DNA of 32,000 bases from Longivirga aurantiaca. GTDB lineage: Bacteria; Actinomycetota; Actinomycetes; S36-B12; CAIYMF01. How positions within the stretch are numbered: the first letter of the stretch is position 1; every line of letters begins with the position of its first letter. The position numbers were made by a program, and so were the translations under genes. Below the pieces are notes generated by a model. The model was not told the DNA's origin. It did not search any database and saw only the letters and a program-made list of their open reading frames with translations. The stretch spans positions 1,719,876 to 1,751,875 of the forward strand of contig NZ_JBHSTI010000008.1 in the NCBI RefSeq assembly GCF_042660085.1, in the 5' to 3' direction. Below, in pieces: positions 7,356 to 15,659 of the stretch.

Positions 7356-8623
7356 GTGGGGTTCCCTTCGGGGACGTCGAGGTCGTCGGGCAGGTCGTGG
7401 CCCATGCGGTCGCGCTTGGTCTGGAGGTAGCCGAGGTTCTCCACGTTCGGGACGACCTCGATCGGGACGCGCTCGATGATCGACAGGCCGTAGCCCTCGA
7501 GCCCTGCGCGCTTGGCCGGGTTGTTCGTGAGCAGCCGCATGCTGCGCACACCGAGGTCCGCGAGGATCTGCGCGCCCGTGCCGTAGTCGCGGGAGTCGGC
7601 GGGAAGGCCGAGGTTGAGGTTGGCGTCGACGGTGTCGGCGCCGTCGTCCTGCAGCGCGTAGGCGCGCAGCTTGTGCAGCAGGCCGATCCCCCGGCCCTCG
7701 TGGCCGCGCATGTACAGCACGATGCCGCGGTCCTCGGAGGCGACGCGGCGCAGCGCCGCCTGCAGCTGCGGGCCGCAGTCGCAGCGGCGCGAGCCGAAGA
7801 CGTCGCCCGTGAGGCACTCGGAGTGCACCCGCACGAGGATGCCCTCGCCGTCGCCGATGTCGCCGTGCACGAGGGCCACGTGCTCCACGCCGTCGAGCCG
7901 CGAGCGGTACCCGACCGCGCGGAAGTCGCCGAACTCGGTGGGCAGCCGGGTCTCGGTGACCCGCTCGACCTGCAGCTCGGTGTGCCGGATGTACGAGATG
8001 AGGTCGGCGATCGAGATCATGACGAGGCCGTGCGCGTCGGCGAACTCCCGGCACTGCGGCGCACGCATCATCGAGCCGTCCTCGTTGACGAGCTCGCAGA
8101 GGGCGCCGGCCGAGGTGAGGCCGGCCAGCCGGGCGAGGTCGACCGCGGCCTCGGTGTGGCCGGCGCGGCGGAGCACTCCGCCGTCCATGGCGCGCAGCGG
8201 CACGACGTGGCCGGGCCGGGTGAGCTCCCACGGCTCCGTGGCGGAGTCCGAGAGGACCTTGATCGTGCGCGCGCGGTCCTCGGCCGAGATGCCGGTGGCC
8301 TTCACGTCGCGCGCGTCGACGGTGACGGCGTACGCCGTGCCCTTCTTGTCCTCGTTCACCTGCGTCATCGGCGGCAGGCCGAGGCGGTCGAGGTCCTTGC
8401 CGGGCATGGCCACGCAGATGTAGCCGGAGGTCCAGCGGATCATGAAGCCGGTGACCTCGGGCGTCGCCTTCTGGGCGGCGAAGATGAGGTCGCCCTCGTT
8501 CTCCCGGTCCTCGTCGTCGACGACGACCACGGCCCGACCGGCGCGGATCGCGGCCACTGCCTCCTCGACGGGGTCGAGGCGGATGCCGGCGCGATCGGTC
8601 CCGGCCGCGGTCCCGATGGTCAT
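7352..8623 (-). CDS. ribBA: Bifunctional 3,4-dihydroxy-2-butanone-4-phosphate synthase / GTP cyclohydrolase II
   Basis: [57 protein letters not shown] 8623 has GGAGGA 4 nt upstream and overlaps the ribE stop (ATGA). The track start at GTG 8635 is less likely. Confidence 0.96.
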   Translation of the reverse strand: MTIGTAAGTDRAGIRLDPVEEAVAAIRAGRAVVVVDDEDRENEGDLIFAAQKATPEVTGFMIRWTSGYICVAMPGKDLDRLGLPPMTQVNEDKKGTAYAVTVDARDVKATGISAEDRARTIKVLSDSATEPWELTRPGHVVPLRAMDGGVLRRAGHTEAAVDLARLAGLTSAGALCELVNEDGSMMRAPQCREFADAHGLVMISIADLISYIRHTELQVERVTETRLPTEFGDFRAVGYRSRLDGVEHVALVHGDIGDGEGILVRVHSECLTGDVFGSRRCDCGPQLQAALRRVASEDRGIVLYMRGHEGRGIGLLHKLRAYALQDDGADTVDANLNLGLPADSRDYGTGAQILADLGVRSMRLLTNNPAKRAGLEGYGLSIIERVPIEVVPNVENLGYLQTKRDRMGHDLPDDLDVPEGNPT

Positions 8624-9216
8624 GAGGTCCTCCACTGCAGCATGCGCTCGACGTACTTGGCGACGACGTCGACCTCGAGGTTGACCGGGTCGCCCACCTG
8701 CTTGGTGCCGAGCGTCGTGAGCTCGAGGGTCGTCGGGATCAGCGAGATGCTGAACCAGTCGTCGTGGGCCTCGACGACCGTGAGCGACACGCCGTCCACG
8801 GTGATCGAGCCCTTCTCCACGACGTACTTGCCGAGGTCGTCGGGGAGCGAGACGCGCACGACCTCCCAGTGCTCGCTCGGCGAGCGCTCGAGGATCGTCC
8901 CGGTGCCGTCGACGTGGCCCTGGACGAGGTGGCCCCCGAGCCGCGCCGCGAGGGTGACCGGGCGCTCGAGGTTGACCGGCGAGCCCGGAGCCACGGCACC
9001 GAGGGACGACCGGTCGAGCGTCTCCTGCATCACGTCGGCGGTGAACTCGCCGTCGCCGAGCTCCACGACGGTGAGGCAGACGCCGTTGACCGCGATGGAC
9101 GCACCGTGGACGGCGTCCGAGGTGACGAGCGGCCCCCGGATCCGCAGCCTCGCGGCGTCGACCATCGGCTCGACGGCGACGACGCTGCCGAGCTCTTCGA
9201 CGATGCCCGTGAACAC
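8620..9216 (-). CDS. ribE: Riboflavin synthase (alpha chain)
   Basis: [12 protein letters not shown]...[11 protein letters not shown]...[12 protein letters not shown] (duplicated lumazine-binding repeats). GTG start immediately after the ribD TGA. Confidence 0.96.
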   Translation of the reverse strand: MFTGIVEELGSVVAVEPMVDAARLRIRGPLVTSDAVHGASIAVNGVCLTVVELGDGEFTADVMQETLDRSSLGAVAPGSPVNLERPVTLAARLGGHLVQGHVDGTGTILERSPSEHWEVVRVSLPDDLGKYVVEKGSITVDGVSLTVVEAHDDWFSISLIPTTLELTTLGTKQVGDPVNLEVDVVAKYVERMLQWRTS

Positions 9217-10260
9217 TCAGTCCTCCTCGGCCCGGAGCACCCGGGCGTCGATGCGCACGTCGTCACCGACGCGTGCGACCTCGGTGATCCGCAGACGCAA
9301 CGCATCCGCGATCGAGTTGATGCCCGCGGAGCCCAGTGCAGAGGCCCCTGCCCCGAGGAGGGCCGGGGCGACGTACCAGCGCACGGCGTCGACGAGGCCC
9401 GCCCGCACGAACGCCGCGGCGAGGGTGGGGCCACCCTCGAGCAGCACGTGCTGGACGTCGAGGTCGCGCAGGGCCACCAGGACCGTCGCCGGGTCGTGCT
9501 CGCGGACCTGCAGCGTGGGCGCGGCACCGTCGAGGACGCGGGCACGCTCGGGGATGTCGCGCCGTCCGACGACGACGCGCAGCGGCTGGACCTCCCGCGG
9601 GAGGACGACGCCGCCCCGGCGGACCGCGAGGTGCGGGTCGTCCTCGAGCACGGTGCCGATGCCGACGATCACGGCGTCGACCCCGGCCCGGAACCGGTGC
9701 ACCTCGGCGCGGGCCTCGGCCGAGGTGATCCACCGGCTGCTGCCGTCGGCCGCGGCGACGCGGCCGTCGAGGGTGGAGGCCGCCTTCCAGGTGACGAACG
9801 GGCGACCGTGGGTGACCGCGAAGGTCCAGGCGGGGTTGAGCGCCTCGGCCTCGGCCGCGAGGACTCCCCCGACGACCTCCACGCCCGCACCGGCGAGGCG
9901 CCGCGCGCCCCCCGCCGCGACGGGGTTCGGGTCGGACTGGCCGTGCACGACCCGCGCCACGCCTGCGTCGAGCAGGGCGACGCTGCACGGGCCGGTGCGC
10001 CCCGTGTGGTCGCAGGGCTCGAGGGTGACGACCGCGGTGGCTCCGCGGGCGCGGCCGCCCGCGGCGCGCAGGGCCTCGACCTCGGCGTGGGGGTGGCCGG
10101 CGCCGTGGTGGTAGCCCTCGCCCACGACCTCGCCGTCCGGGGACAGGAGGACGCAGCCGACCCGCGGGTTGGGGCCGGTGCGGGCGTCCGGGCTGGCGGC
10201 CAGGGCGAGCGCGCGACGCATCGCGTCGGTCTCGCGCTCGGTGGCTGGTGCGGTGCTCAC
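9217..10260 (-). CDS. ribD: Bifunctional diaminohydroxyphosphoribosylaminopyrimidine deaminase / 5-amino-6-(5-phosphoribosylamino)uracil reductase
   Basis: Track ORF 9217..10353 trimmed to GTG 10260 ([18 protein letters not shown]...), with GAAGGG 5 nt upstream. Deaminase motifs HAEVEAL and [13 protein letters not shown]. Confidence 0.93.
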   Translation of the reverse strand: MSTAPATERETDAMRRALALAASPDARTGPNPRVGCVLLSPDGEVVGEGYHHGAGHPHAEVEALRAAGGRARGATAVVTLEPCDHTGRTGPCSVALLDAGVARVVHGQSDPNPVAAGGARRLAGAGVEVVGGVLAAEAEALNPAWTFAVTHGRPFVTWKAASTLDGRVAAADGSSRWITSAEARAEVHRFRAGVDAVIVGIGTVLEDDPHLAVRRGGVVLPREVQPLRVVVGRRDIPERARVLDGAAPTLQVREHDPATVLVALRDLDVQHVLLEGGPTLAAAFVRAGLVDAVRWYVAPALLGAGASALGSAGINSIADALRLRITEVARVGDDVRIDARVLRAEED

Positions 10261-10379
10261 GTCTGCCCTTCGCCTGCTCGGGCCCGCACGACCCGGTCGG
10301 CGGACAGCGCAGGCGGCGCACCCGGCGACGGCCGGGCGCTGCCTCGCGGCCACGTCGGACGACGCACGGCGGCCTTCCG

Positions 10380-10537
10380 CGCGCGTCGCCTCCCATCCGG
10401 ACTCTCACCGTCGGCTCCGGATGGCTCGCGACCGTCGGACGACGGACGCGGGTCGACCGGATCAACCGACCGCTGGATGCGGCCGGGTCGCGGGCTCTCA
10501 CCGCCGGCTCGGAATTGCACCGACCCCGGGACGCGCG
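10380..10537 (-). promoter_or_regulatory. FMN riboswitch (RFN element) controlling ribD and the downstream operon
   Basis: The minus strand reads CGCGCGTCCCGGGGTCGGTGCAATTCCGAGCCGGCGGTGAGAGCCCGCGACCCG...GGTTGATCCGGT...CCGGAGCCGACGGTGAGAGTCCGGATGGGAGGCGACGCGCG. This matches the conserved RFN core, and the P1 helix closes as CGCGCGTC / GACGCGCG. Confidence 0.93.
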
Positions 10538-10563
10538 AGCAGGTTCGCTCGTACGGGGGCAGC

Positions 10564-11253
10564 CTACCCGTGCGTGCACCACCAGCTGGCGTCGGTCGCC
10601 GCCTGCGCCTGTGCGGCGAGCGACCGGACGGCGGCCGCGGGGTCGGCGGCGCCGTACACGGCCGACCCGGCCACGAAGACGTCCGCACCGGCGTCGGCGC
10701 AGATCTCGATCGTCTCGGCGGACACCCCGCCGTCGACCTGGATCCAGAGATCGAGGTCGCGGCCCTTGACGAGCTCGCGGGCGCGACGGATCTTCGGGAC
10801 GACGACGTCGAGGAACCTCTGGCCGCCGAAGCCGGGCTCGACGGTCATGACCAGCAGCATGTCGAGCTCGGGAAGCAGGTCGGCGTACCCCTCGAGGGGC
10901 GTCGCGGGGCGCAGGGCCATCCCCGCCCGGGCGCCGGCGGCCCGGATGTCGCGCGCGAGCTTGATGGGGGCCGTGGCCGCCTCGACGTGGAAGGTGACGG
11001 ACCCGGCTCCGGCCTCGGCGAAGCCCGGGGCCCAGCGGTCCGGGTCCTCGATCATGAGGTGGCAGTCGATCGGGGTGCGCACCGCACCGACGAGCCGCTC
11101 GACCACGGGGAGGCCGAGGGTCAGGTTGGGCACGAAGTGGTTGTCCATGACGTCGACGTGCAGCCAGTCGGCCGCGCCCGCCACGCGCTCGCACTCCTCG
11201 GCGAGATGCGCGAAGTCGGCCGACAGGATGCTCGGGGAGATCTGGACGCCCAT
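10564..11253 (-). CDS. rpe: Ribulose-phosphate 3-epimerase
   Basis: [20 protein letters not shown]...[15 protein letters not shown]...[10 protein letters not shown]...QVDGG. Confidence 0.97.
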   Translation of the reverse strand: MGVQISPSILSADFAHLAEECERVAGAADWLHVDVMDNHFVPNLTLGLPVVERLVGAVRTPIDCHLMIEDPDRWAPGFAEAGAGSVTFHVEAATAPIKLARDIRAAGARAGMALRPATPLEGYADLLPELDMLLVMTVEPGFGGQRFLDVVVPKIRRARELVKGRDLDLWIQVDGGVSAETIEICADAGADVFVAGSAVYGAADPAAAVRSLAAQAQAATDASWWCTHG

Positions 11254-11260
11254 GCGCGCA

Positions 11261-11266
11261 AGGCTA
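11261..11266 (-). promoter_or_regulatory. Candidate -10 box (TAGCCT) 7 nt upstream of the rpe ATG; would give a leaderless rpe mRNA
   Basis: The minus strand reads gtcgcTAGCCTtgcgcgcATG, and there is no Shine-Dalgarno sequence before the ATG. Pattern match only. Confidence 0.3.
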
Positions 11267-11351
11267 GCGACCCGGAGGTGGGGCGGGACGCGACGCGACC
11301 GTCAGAGCCGGTGTGGGACGATCCAGCCCGAGCGGAAGCGAGGAGGAGACG

Positions 11352-12647
11352 GTGCGAGGTGGTTCCGAGGAGCCCACGCCGTTGCCGGGCTGGCTCCGCG
11401 TGGACGTGGCCGACTCCCAGGAGCGCACCCGCGCGGTGAACGCCCTCGTGGTCCTGTACGGCGTGGCTGTCGTCGGGGCCGTCGCCACGCTCCCCCTGGT
11501 CCTCGTCGCCGGTGGTGTCGTGGCAGGTCTGACCTGCGTGGCCGTGACGCTGACGGCGGTGATCTCCGCCCTGCTGGTCCGCTCCGGACGCCTCTCCGCC
11601 GGGTTGGGCCTCTTCTTCGCCGTGGTCATGGTCGGCAACATCGTCGCCGTCATGCTGACGGACGACGCCCGCCTGACCGCCGTCTACTGCGTGATCCCCG
11701 TCGCGATCGCCGGGGTCACGCTCACGATGCGGTGGGCGCTGGTGGTGACCGGGACCGCCGCGCTCATCGGAGTCGTCGGCACCTGGATGTTCCCGCCGGG
11801 TCAGGGCGGCAGCCCGCCGATCACGCGGGACGAGATCATCACGACGTCGCTCATCCTGATGGCCGCGGTCCTCGTCACGACCTCGCTCGGCAGCTGGGGC
11901 CAGAAGCGGGAAGGCCTGCGCGCCGACCTCGAGGCGCACCGCGCCACCGAGCTCGCCCAGAGCCTGCGCAGCGCCAACGCCGAGCTGGAGCGGCGCGTGG
12001 AGGAGCGCACGGAGGAGCTGCAGCGCGCCCTGTCGCAGCAGGAGCGGCTGGTCGGCGAGCTCGCCGAGCTCACGATGCGCGATCCGTTGACCGGCCTGCA
12101 CAACCGACGGCACGCCGAGCACGAGCTGCCGCGCATGACCGCGACCGCCCAGCGCTACGACCAGCCGCTCGCCATGGCCCTGCTCGACCTCGACCACTTC
12201 AAGCAGGTCAACGACCGGCACAGCTACGCCGTCGGCGACGAGGTGCTGATGCGGTTCACCGCGATCCTGCGCGAGAACGCCCGCGCCTCCGACGTCGTCG
12301 TGCGGTACGGCGGCGAGGAGTTCCTCCTCGTCATGCCGCAGACCACGCTGCCGCAGGCCCTCGTGCTCTGCGAGCGCCTCCGCGCAGCGGTCGAGGCGTA
12401 CGCGTGGCGGGACGTCCACCCCGACCTGCGGCTCACTGTGAGCATCGGCGTCGCCGACAGCGACCAGCGCGACCTGCGGGGCGTCACCGCCGCCATGGAC
12501 GCGGCCCTGCACGACGCCAAGCGGGACGGCCGCAACCGCGTGGTCGCCGCCCCCGCTGCGCTGCCCCGCCGGCCCGTCCAGGGCAGCGCGGCACCGGGGC
12601 TCGTGGAACTGGACGCAACGGCCGCGGAGCAACCGGCCGAGAGCTAG
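11352..12647 (+). CDS. Membrane-anchored diguanylate cyclase (multi-TM N-terminal domain, coiled coil, GGDEF domain with GGEEF active site and RxxD I-site)
   Basis: Track ORF 11313..12647. Preferred start is GTG 11352, after AGGAGGAG. About 5-6 hydrophobic helices, then LRSANAELERRVEERTEELQRALSQQERL, then DPLTGLHNRR...LLDLDHFKQVND...RASDVVVRYGGEEFLLVMP...SIGVA. Confidence 0.9.
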   Translation: MRGGSEEPTPLPGWLRVDVADSQERTRAVNALVVLYGVAVVGAVATLPLVLVAGGVVAGLTCVAVTLTAVISALLVRSGRLSAGLGLFFAVVMVGNIVAVMLTDDARLTAVYCVIPVAIAGVTLTMRWALVVTGTAALIGVVGTWMFPPGQGGSPPITRDEIITTSLILMAAVLVTTSLGSWGQKREGLRADLEAHRATELAQSLRSANAELERRVEERTEELQRALSQQERLVGELAELTMRDPLTGLHNRRHAEHELPRMTATAQRYDQPLAMALLDLDHFKQVNDRHSYAVGDEVLMRFTAILRENARASDVVVRYGGEEFLLVMPQTTLPQALVLCERLRAAVEAYAWRDVHPDLRLTVSIGVADSDQRDLRGVTAAMDAALHDAKRDGRNRVVAAPAALPRRPVQGSAAPGLVELDATAAEQPAES

Positions 12648-14062
12648 TCCGTACGCCGCAGCAGCGCGAGGTACATGCCGTCGGTGCCGTGCACGTGCGG
12701 CCAGAGGCGCAGGTCGGGACCGTCGCCGAGGTCGTCGACCTCGGGCAGGAGCGGCCGCACGTCCAGCCGCTCCACTCCCCCGCGCGCCACCGCGTCGGCC
12801 ACCACCTCGGTGGTCTCGGCGAGGTGCGGCGAGCAGGTGGCGTAGCCGACCACTCCGCCGACGCGCACGGCTGCGAGCGCTGATGCCAGCAGCCGCCGCT
12901 GCAGCGCGGCGAGCTCCGCCACGTCCTCCGGCGTACGCCGCCAGCGCGACTCCGGGCGTCGGCGCAGGACGCCGAGACCCGTGCACGGGGCATCGAGCAG
13001 GACACGGTCGAACGATCCGGGCCGCCACGGACCCTGGGTGCCGTCGGCGGTGACGACCAGGTGGTGCCCGGGCGCGCGGCCCAGCGCCTGGGCCACGAGC
13101 CCGGCACGGTGATGCGTGCGGTCGACGGCGAGCAGGGTCGCGCCGCGCTCGAGGCCGAGACCGGCGAGCAGCGCCGCCTTGCCGCCGGGGCCCGCGGCCA
13201 TGTCGAGCCACGCGGTGTCGGGGCCGTCGATCTCCGCTCGGGCGAGGGCGATCGCGACGAGCTGGCTCCCCTCGTCCTGCACCCCGACGTCGCCCGAGCG
13301 CACGCCCGCGATCTCGCCGGGCGCACCGCCCTCGAGCGCCACGGCGTACGGAGACCAGCGGCCGGCATGGGTGTGCGGCAGCTCGAGCAGGTCGTCCACC
13401 GTGCCGCGGCCGGGGCGGGCCACGAGGGTGACCGACGCGTTCTCGTTGTCGGCGGTGAGGAGGTCCTCGGTGTCAGCCCAGGACGCCGAGCCGCGCCAGG
13501 ACGACAGCGAGTCGTGCAGGGCCTGCACGATCCAGCGCGGGTGCGACTGCACCACCGCGAGGTGGCCGACGGGGTCCGTCCCTGCGTCCGGCGCGACGAT
13601 CTCGACCCACTCGTCGAGGTCGTGCCGACCGACCTTGCGCAGCACCGCGTTGACGAACCGCGAGCGCGACTCGCCGCCCACGAGGCGGGCGAGCTGCACG
13701 GTCTCGCCGACGGCCGCGTGCGGCGGGGTGCGCAGGAACAGCAGCTGCTGGGCGCCGAGCCGCAGCACGTCGAGCACCGGCTCGTCGACCTCCGCGAGCG
13801 GACGGTCGACGCACGCTGCGAGGACCGCGTCGAGGAAGCCGCGGCGGCGCAGCGTGCCGTAGGCGAGGGTCGTGGTGAAGGCGGCGTCGCGACCGTGCAG
13901 CTCGGCCTCGGCGATCACCTGCGGGGCGACGAGGTTGGCGTACGCCTCGTCGGCCTGCACGGCGCGGAGGATGTCGTACGCCGCGAGCCGCGACGGGTCG
14001 GTGGGGCGGCGGTCGCCTCGCCACTGGACGGGACGGCTGTGGTGCCCGCGGTCCTCGCCCAT
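12644..14062 (-). CDS. rsmB: 16S rRNA (cytosine-C5) methyltransferase RsmB/Sun (Fmu)
   Basis: Inside track ORF 12644..14632. Start ATG 14062 (MGEDRGHH...) overlaps the fmt stop (TGATG). NusB-like N-terminal domain; LDMAAGPGGKA, FDRVLLDAPCTGLGVLRRRPE, GYATCSP. Confidence 0.93.
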   Translation of the reverse strand: MGEDRGHHSRPVQWRGDRRPTDPSRLAAYDILRAVQADEAYANLVAPQVIAEAELHGRDAAFTTTLAYGTLRRRGFLDAVLAACVDRPLAEVDEPVLDVLRLGAQQLLFLRTPPHAAVGETVQLARLVGGESRSRFVNAVLRKVGRHDLDEWVEIVAPDAGTDPVGHLAVVQSHPRWIVQALHDSLSSWRGSASWADTEDLLTADNENASVTLVARPGRGTVDDLLELPHTHAGRWSPYAVALEGGAPGEIAGVRSGDVGVQDEGSQLVAIALARAEIDGPDTAWLDMAAGPGGKAALLAGLGLERGATLLAVDRTHHRAGLVAQALGRAPGHHLVVTADGTQGPWRPGSFDRVLLDAPCTGLGVLRRRPESRWRRTPEDVAELAALQRRLLASALAAVRVGGVVGYATCSPHLAETTEVVADAVARGGVERLDVRPLLPEVDDLGDGPDLRLWPHVHGTDGMYLALLRRTD

Positions 14063-15003
14063 CAGGCCGGCACCTCCGCGCCGAGCAGCACGCCCGGCTC
14101 CGGGCGCACGCCGCGTGCCCAGTCGGCCGCGGCCATCGCCTTCTTGCCCTGCGCGCGGACCTCGCCGAGCACGACCGCATGGGTCGCCGTCCCCACGCGG
14201 ACGCGGTTCTTGTCGACGGCGACCTCGCCCGGCGCGAGCGAGGTGTCGTCGGCGAGCAGCGCGACGGGGCCGAGCTTGAGCCGCTCGCCGGCGTACGTCG
14301 TCCAGGCGCCGGGGGCCGGCGTGCACGCGCGGACCTGGCGGTCGACCCGCACGGCGGGCTGCGACCAGTCGACGCGGGCGTCGTCCACGGTGATCTTCGG
14401 AGCCAGCGAGACGCCGTCGGGCGGCTGCGGCGCGCCGACGAGGGCACCGGCCTCGAGGCCGTCCATCGTCGCGACCAGCAGGCCTGCACCCGACTCCGCC
14501 AGGCGGCCGAGGAGGTCGCCGCTGGTGTCGGTGGGGCGGACCGACTCGGTGACGACGCCGTACACCGGGCCGGTGTCGAGGCCCTCCTCCAGCAGGAAGG
14601 TCGACGCGCCCGTGACGTCGTCGCCGTGCCACACGGCGTGCTGCACCGGCGCGGCGCCGCGCCAGGCCGGCAGGAGCGAGAAGTGGAGGTTGACCCAGCC
14701 GAGCCGCGGGATGTCGAGCGCTGCGCGCGGCACGAGGGCGCCGTACGCCACGACGGGGCAGCAGTCGGGGGCGATCTCGGCAAGCCGGGCGAGGAAGTCA
14801 GGGTCGCGCGGCTTCTCGGGCTTGAGCACCTCGATGCCGTGCTCGACCGCGAGGCCGGCGACCGGTGAGGCCTGCAACGACCGGCCACGCCCTGCGGGCG
14901 CGTCGGGGCGCGTGACGACCGCGACCACCTCGTGGTGGGAGGCGATGAGGGCGGCGAGGGACGGGAGGGCGACCTCGGGGGTGCCGGCGAAGACCAGGCG
15001 CAC
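14062..15003 (-). CDS. fmt: Methionyl-tRNA formyltransferase
   Basis: [19 protein letters not shown]...[13 protein letters not shown]...[17 protein letters not shown]; GTG start. Confidence 0.96.
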   Translation of the reverse strand: MRLVFAGTPEVALPSLAALIASHHEVVAVVTRPDAPAGRGRSLQASPVAGLAVEHGIEVLKPEKPRDPDFLARLAEIAPDCCPVVAYGALVPRAALDIPRLGWVNLHFSLLPAWRGAAPVQHAVWHGDDVTGASTFLLEEGLDTGPVYGVVTESVRPTDTSGDLLGRLAESGAGLLVATMDGLEAGALVGAPQPPDGVSLAPKITVDDARVDWSQPAVRVDRQVRACTPAPGAWTTYAGERLKLGPVALLADDTSLAPGEVAVDKNRVRVGTATHAVVLGEVRAQGKKAMAAADWARGVRPEPGVLLGAEVPA

Positions 15004-15018
15004 GGTGCGGCAGCCCGC

Positions 15019-15564
15019 CTAGAGCCAGCGCGACGAGATCGAGTGCGGCGAGATCTTCACCTGGGGCGCCTGCTGGCCGAACCACTCCGCCTCGCGGATG
15101 GCCTTCATGGCCTCCTTGCGGGTCTCGGCGTCGAGCCGGTCGACGAACATGATGCCGTCGAGGTGGTCGGTCTCGTGCTGGATGCAGCGGGCGAGGAGCT
15201 CGGAGCCCTCGAGCACGACCGGCTCGCCGTGCATGGTCATGCCCTTGGCCACGACGCGCATCGAGCGACGGGTGTTGAACGCGAGGTCGGGCACCGACAG
15301 GCACCCCTCGTCGCCCTCCTGCATCTCGTCCGACAGGTCGAGCACCGGGTTGACGAGGTGGCCGATCTCGTCGTCGACGTCGTAGGTGAAGACGCGGAGG
15401 CTGACGCCGAGCTGCGGTGCGGCGAGGCCCGCGCCGGGTGCGTCGAGCATCGTCTCGGTGAGGTCCTTGACGAGCTTGCGCAGCTCCTTGTCGAACGTCG
15501 TCACCTCGGCGGCGGGGGTCGTGAGCACCGGGTCGCCGAAGAGGCGGATGGGCTTGACGGCCAC
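15019..15564 (-). CDS. def: Peptide deformylase
   Basis: GAGLAAPQLG, EGCLSVP, HETDHLDG metal-binding motifs. GTG start with AGGAG 8 nt upstream. Confidence 0.96.
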   Translation of the reverse strand: MAVKPIRLFGDPVLTTPAAEVTTFDKELRKLVKDLTETMLDAPGAGLAAPQLGVSLRVFTYDVDDEIGHLVNPVLDLSDEMQEGDEGCLSVPDLAFNTRRSMRVVAKGMTMHGEPVVLEGSELLARCIQHETDHLDGIMFVDRLDAETRKEAMKAIREAEWFGQQAPQVKISPHSISSRWL

Positions 15565-15659
15565 GGACGAGCTCCTGATGTCGACGCGGGAGGGTGTGAA
15601 GCGGGGACCAGTCTACGTACCGGCTGCCCGCACCCACGCCGCGCGTGGCTGCCCGCGAT

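Noticed and set aside
7337-11439. Very long plus-strand ORFs (925 aa at 7337..10114; 891 aa at 8764..11439) antisense to the rib operon and rpe
   Set aside because: They lie opposite genes with unmistakable conserved motifs (ribBA, ribE, ribD, rpe). Their translations are Arg/Gly/Asp/Val-rich low-complexity strings with no recognisable motif. Open antisense frames are expected at this GC content. The same applies to 17862..21068(+), 26933..30427(+), 9263..11194(-), 11121..13211(-), 15613..17268(-) and similar track entries.
15622-15656. 10-nt direct repeat GGCTGCCCGC x2 in the priA-def spacer
   Set aside because: It is too short and GC-rich to be meaningful on its own. It flanks a small CCACGC/GCGTGG hairpin that is more simply read as a weak priA terminator or def promoter region.
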